Shown piece by piece: positions 60,512 through 64,000 of a stretch of 64,000 nucleotides of DNA (its first letter is position 1; each line of letters begins with the position of its first letter). Origin of the DNA: a virus; IMG/VR virus record IMGVR_UViG_3300044946_000175, positions 1-64,000 of that record. One strand, written 5' to 3'. Both the position numbers and the translations under genes were made by a program. Below the pieces are notes generated by a model, which ran no database searches, was not told the origin of the DNA, and saw only the letters and a program-made list of their open reading frames with translations.

Positions 60512-61195
60512 ATGGAACTTTCCGAGCAAGTCTGGTGGGAAGTAGAAGCCGACAACGGTAAGTGGGCAGGTCTGGTCGATCCGACCTGGATCACTTCCAC
60601 AGTGATTGCTCTGTGTCAGCAGATCGAAAAGAGTAAAGACGCCTCGCTCCTGCCGATCCTGGCCGATGCGCTCCATATGGATGCTGGTTGTGAGGATGCA
60701 CTGTTGTTGAAGTTCTTGCGCGAGAACGTGGTCATTAGAATCGCGAGTATAAATGGGCCAATGGGATCTTATAAATGTCGTAGAGATAAAGGCATGTCCC
60801 GCGAAGTCATCGCCAGTCAAATAGGCAAATTGAGTCGTTTTTTTGATGGTGGTGATCATGTGTTTATTGACGATTGGAAAGCTTACCAGGACGCCAAGCG
60901 AAAGCACTATCTCGCGCAGGAGCAGTGCAAAAACTATCTCACGAATCCAGACATCAAGGCCGCTCTCCTGGCGCTCCCTCATCCCCATCCGGCTTTTAGG
61001 CAAAGTAAGAAATGGTGGGATTATTGCTGCTGGTTTACTGAAAAGCGGCTCTATCCGACTCTGCTTCGCAAATTGAAGGAATTGATGAAGGAGAACAAGA
61101 GTTTTGCCGTAGTGGTTGAGGAATCGAAGCACGAGAGAGTCGCCACTGCTCCGCTTGTGTCTGGGCAGAGAGTGTTAGACTGGGATGATGTTTAG
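60512..61195 (+). CDS. Protein with a Planctomycete-type 'LPILADAL-x-DAGC' motif
   Basis: 'DPTWITSTVIALCQQI....LLPILADALHMDAGCED..LL.FLR'. Confidence 0.65.
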   Translation: MELSEQVWWEVEADNGKWAGLVDPTWITSTVIALCQQIEKSKDASLLPILADALHMDAGCEDALLLKFLRENVVIRIASINGPMGSYKCRRDKGMSREVIASQIGKLSRFFDGGDHVFIDDWKAYQDAKRKHYLAQEQCKNYLTNPDIKAALLALPHPHPAFRQSKKWWDYCCWFTEKRLYPTLLRKLKELMKENKSFAVVVEESKHERVATAPLVSGQRVLDWDDV

Positions 61196-61208
61196 AGTAT
61201 TGGAGAAT

Positions 61209-61254
61209 AAAAGGCAGAATTTTAATTTGCCTTTTGTGGTTTGGGGAGTAAGAT
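61209..61254 (+). promoter_or_regulatory. Palindrome + leaderless promoter
   Basis: aaaaggcag-N9-ttgcctttt; TTGCCT-N16-TAAGAT, 6 nt before ATG 61261. Confidence 0.8.
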
Positions 61255-61260
61255 GAATTT

Positions 61261-62725
61261 ATGAAACAATGTACCAAACTCGTCTGTAAGCAGACCTTCT
61301 CATTTAAAGTCGATGGAGAAGGCAGAGTTACTACTTTTCGAGAAGGGCAGGAATTCTGGATAACTAATACGGAGACGCATCAAAAGAACAGCGGAAGTGT
61401 GAACGTGGCGAGAAAAGGTCAGAAGTGGGGCTACAGTTTCACTGCGGAGCAAGTTACTCAGTTTTTTGTGGAAAAGGAAGATTAATAGTTTGCCTTTTCT
61501 GGTGTTGCTTCTGGCCAGATGGCAGACCCAAAATGGAAAGCATTGGCTGGAGCTTTATCGGGACGGCGACAGCTACTACTACAGAGGAGACGACTGCGGA
61601 GGTGTCCTGGGCCGTCTGCCTGGAACTGAGGTTGCTATTGCCAAGATAGAAGCTGGAGCAGTGAGTTGTCTCAAGAGTGATTTTCCTAGCACAAAGAAGG
61701 TGAAGTAATGGTTGGAATAGATACTGCTGGTTGTGCTGTACTTGAAGGTCTGGTCGAGAAGCATGGCTTGTCTGGAGTCGTCGCGGTACTGAGTGATATT
61801 TGCTCCGTAAAAGTAGAAGAGGCTGAAATGCCACTAAAGGAAGGGTGGATTATGCTGAGTCGTGCGTTTTATCTGCTTATCGATACGTGTCATAAGTACA
61901 AATTACCAGGAGTTGAGCGATGACAAAGAAAGAACTAGAAGTTCTGGAACGAATCGAAGAAAAGGCGCACGTAGCCCAACAGACAATCATACGGACGCGA
62001 GACAAGAAGAAGTGGCGCTTGCAGGAATTAGCGGAGAAGAAGATCGATGCTCAAATGGAGGTGGAGTTCGGTAAGCGCATCGAGAAGGCTGTTACTACTT
62101 ATAACGATGCGCAGGTCGCGGTCAAGAAAGCTCGCATTGAATTCGCCACGGCGAACGCGCCATTTCTCATTGGCACGAAGATGGTCAAGTGGGATAAGAA
62201 GTATAACTGCTGGTTGAGTAGTTCGACCACCCCAAACCCCATCGTCGAGCTTGCTGCTGGTGTCTTCGACGTCGTTACTGATGACACCGTTTTTCCTGAA
62301 GGTATGTCTCAGTACAAGAAGCCGCGAGTCGGTTCGTATATCATTCGACTCACGCGCAAGGACGGTACGCTCGGCATCAAGTTCGAGCAGCTCATTCTTG
62401 ACGGTTACAGAAAAACAACGGACTGGCTTCCCGTAGGCAAAAAACCAAAGAAAGAGAAGGCAAAATAATGGTTTTTGAAATTGGTAAAAACTATCTGTTC
62501 GAATCGATCACCAGTAACCTTTATGTAGGTCGCTTAGTCGAGGTTGGTTTCAGCGGTGAAGTGTTACTGGAAGACGCGGCTTGGATCAGCGAAACGGGTA
62601 GGCTCAATGAGTTTGTTCGTACCGGAAGCGCTGAAGGAATGGAGGTGGAATTAATAGGCACAAAAGGACTTCGATACGCTTCGTGGAATCCTTGGCCGCA
62701 TAAACTTTTCGAGGAGACGATTTAG
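61261..62725 (+). other. Small hypothetical CDSs 61261-61485, ~61502-61708, 61708-61923, 61920-62468, 62468-62725 (Sm-like beta protein)
   Basis: Coupled ORFs; 'IGKNYLF..Y.GRL...LEDAAWI.ETGR' in the last one. Confidence 0.6.
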
Positions 62726-63021
62726 TGTTTCCTTCTGATTTTTTGCCAGAACATCTTACCAGCACTGTGCTGGCTTTGTGTGATGTCGTATCGACGGACA
62801 GAGTGGTCTTTCCTATTTTGGCAGATGCTTTGCAGGATGCAGGATGTGAGAATGAACGTATGTTGGAATTTTTGAGGACCGACAATCATCCTGAGATTGA
62901 TTCGATTTTTTCAGGAGAAGTTAGATACGGGTCATGGTCAAGGTCAAGGTCAGGGTCAGCAGGGTCAAGGTCAGAGTCAGCAGGGTCAAGGTCAAGGTCA
63001 TGGTCATGGTCATGGTCATGA
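62725..63021 (+). CDS. ILADALQDAGC-motif protein with a Ser-Arg/Ser-Trp dipeptide tail
   Basis: Translation ends GSWSRSRSGSAGSRSESAGSRSRSWSWSWS. Confidence 0.6.
   Translation: MFPSDFLPEHLTSTVLALCDVVSTDRVVFPILADALQDAGCENERMLEFLRTDNHPEIDSIFSGEVRYGSWSRSRSGSAGSRSESAGSRSRSWSWSWS
62930..63021 (+). repeat. Hexamer tandem repeat GGTCA(A/T/G)
   Basis: About 14 imperfect units with two cag interruptions. Confidence 0.9.
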
Positions 63022-63042
63022 ATATTACTAAGAGGCAAAATA

Positions 63043-63958
63043 ATGGTTGTCTTATGCATCGACGGTCTGAACACCGGTGAATCGACTCCGTTCGACGGTC
63101 AGTACGTGCAGGAGTACGATCCGTCGAAGCAGGGATTTGATCCGACCGGAAGGCCGATGCTGTGTCATCTGGCTACTACTTCCGATCCTAACAAGGCGCT
63201 ACAGTTCAAGGATTGCGTGGAGGCACTGGAAGCATGGAAGTTGGTGGATTCCAGGAATCCCGTGCGGGCAGACGGACAGCCCAACCGACCGCTGACGGCA
63301 TTTAGCGTGCTGGTGATCGATCTGGAGAAGGCGAAGGAAGGACTCGTGCTATGAAACTCATGAGTTTGAAAGACACGAACTACAAAAATCTGAATTCGTG
63401 GTTGCGCGCGACAATCTTGCGCTTTGCAAAAGCCGAAGTCGAGGATTCTTGGAAGAGTTCTCGCGACCCTGAATGTTTTTCATTAATTGAAGAGGAACTG
63501 CGAGCGGCTGAACACGAACTCAAGTCCGTCTTGGCTTGTGTGGATGCCGTCATAGATCACGACCTTCGCGCGAGGTTTTCGGCATGAGCAAACTCATTGG
63601 TATTATCGATTATCGGGACGGCTGGATGTGCGTCAAAACTACTGACAACGATCTGGACAAGCCGCAGAAGTGCATCAGTTGGTGGCCCATCGAGCGTGAG
63701 TATCCTGGCGAGCGGAACGTTCTGGATCTGACCGGCAATGAGGCCGAGATTGAAGACGGACTGGTCATGTTCAGAATGACCAAAGAAAAGGCATGGAACT
63801 GGGCGAAGCGGCGACCGCTGTCGGATGGCGGGAAAACCTTTCCTATTGCTACGGAAGTGGTTCCTATTGTTTGCCCAAAAGTGCGCAAAGGTATTTCTAC
63901 TCGCTATCGCCTGGGGCGGTGGGAGAAGGGTTTGCGGAGCGGCTGGACGGTGGCTTAA
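63043..63958 (+). other. Hypothetical CDSs 63043-63354, 63351-63587, 63584-63958
   Basis: ATGA-coupled ORFs; 'PVRADGQPNRPLTAFSV' looks like a conserved motif. Confidence 0.6.
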
Positions 63959-64000
63959 TATTTTTGGAACAATCCCTAGCTAAGTGTTGGTTGGTTAATT

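Noticed and set aside
52822-61498. Palindromes as CRISPR repeats or integron attC sites
   Set aside because: Spacing is irregular and gene-sized, there are no GTTRRRY/RYYYAAC cores, and no integrase or cas genes are seen. A promoter/operator reading fits better.
1-64000. Alternative genetic code, tRNA genes, terminase or integrase
   Set aside because: Long genes read through under the standard code with TAG, TGA and TAA all used as stops. No tRNA cloverleaf, terminase Walker motifs or recombinase motifs were recognised by eye.

Overview
A 64 kb segment of a tailed dsDNA phage genome (Caudoviricetes). The host is probably Planctomycetota, an inference from two ILADAL-x-DAGC motif proteins. 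Left arm (1-7.9 kb): small accessory ORFs, an HNH nuclease and a GT25/propeller fusion. Head module (8-25.6 kb): Mu-gp29-like portal with a long C-terminal extension, a 1175-aa acidic repeat protein, Mu-gpI-like prohead protease/scaffold, decoration protein, major capsid protein (MCP) and head-tail adaptor. Tail module (25.6-47 kb): tail tube, frameshifting tail chaperone, tape-measure-position gene, and two repeat-stalk fibre proteins. Then lysis/modification genes (47-52 kb) and an early-type arm of short genes behind repeated promoters (52.5-64 kb). Mobile inserts are three free-standing HNH homing endonucleases and a solo TnpB. No terminase, polymerase, integrase, tRNA or CRISPR array was recognised. 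Most unusual: (1) a cluster of truncated self-copies of the phage's own MCP (two), portal and prohead protease just downstream of the MCP, possibly decoys or assembly modulators; (2) about 20 P-x-x-Y motifs in the linkers of four head proteins, suggesting polyprotein processing; (3) a roughly 10-copy 27-bp palindrome AAAAG(G/A)CAA-N9-TTG(C/T)CTTTT fused to promoters, several of them leaderless; (4) a shared two-hairpin leader on the homing endonucleases and several candidate structured RNAs. All family calls come from reading motifs by eye; no database searches were run.
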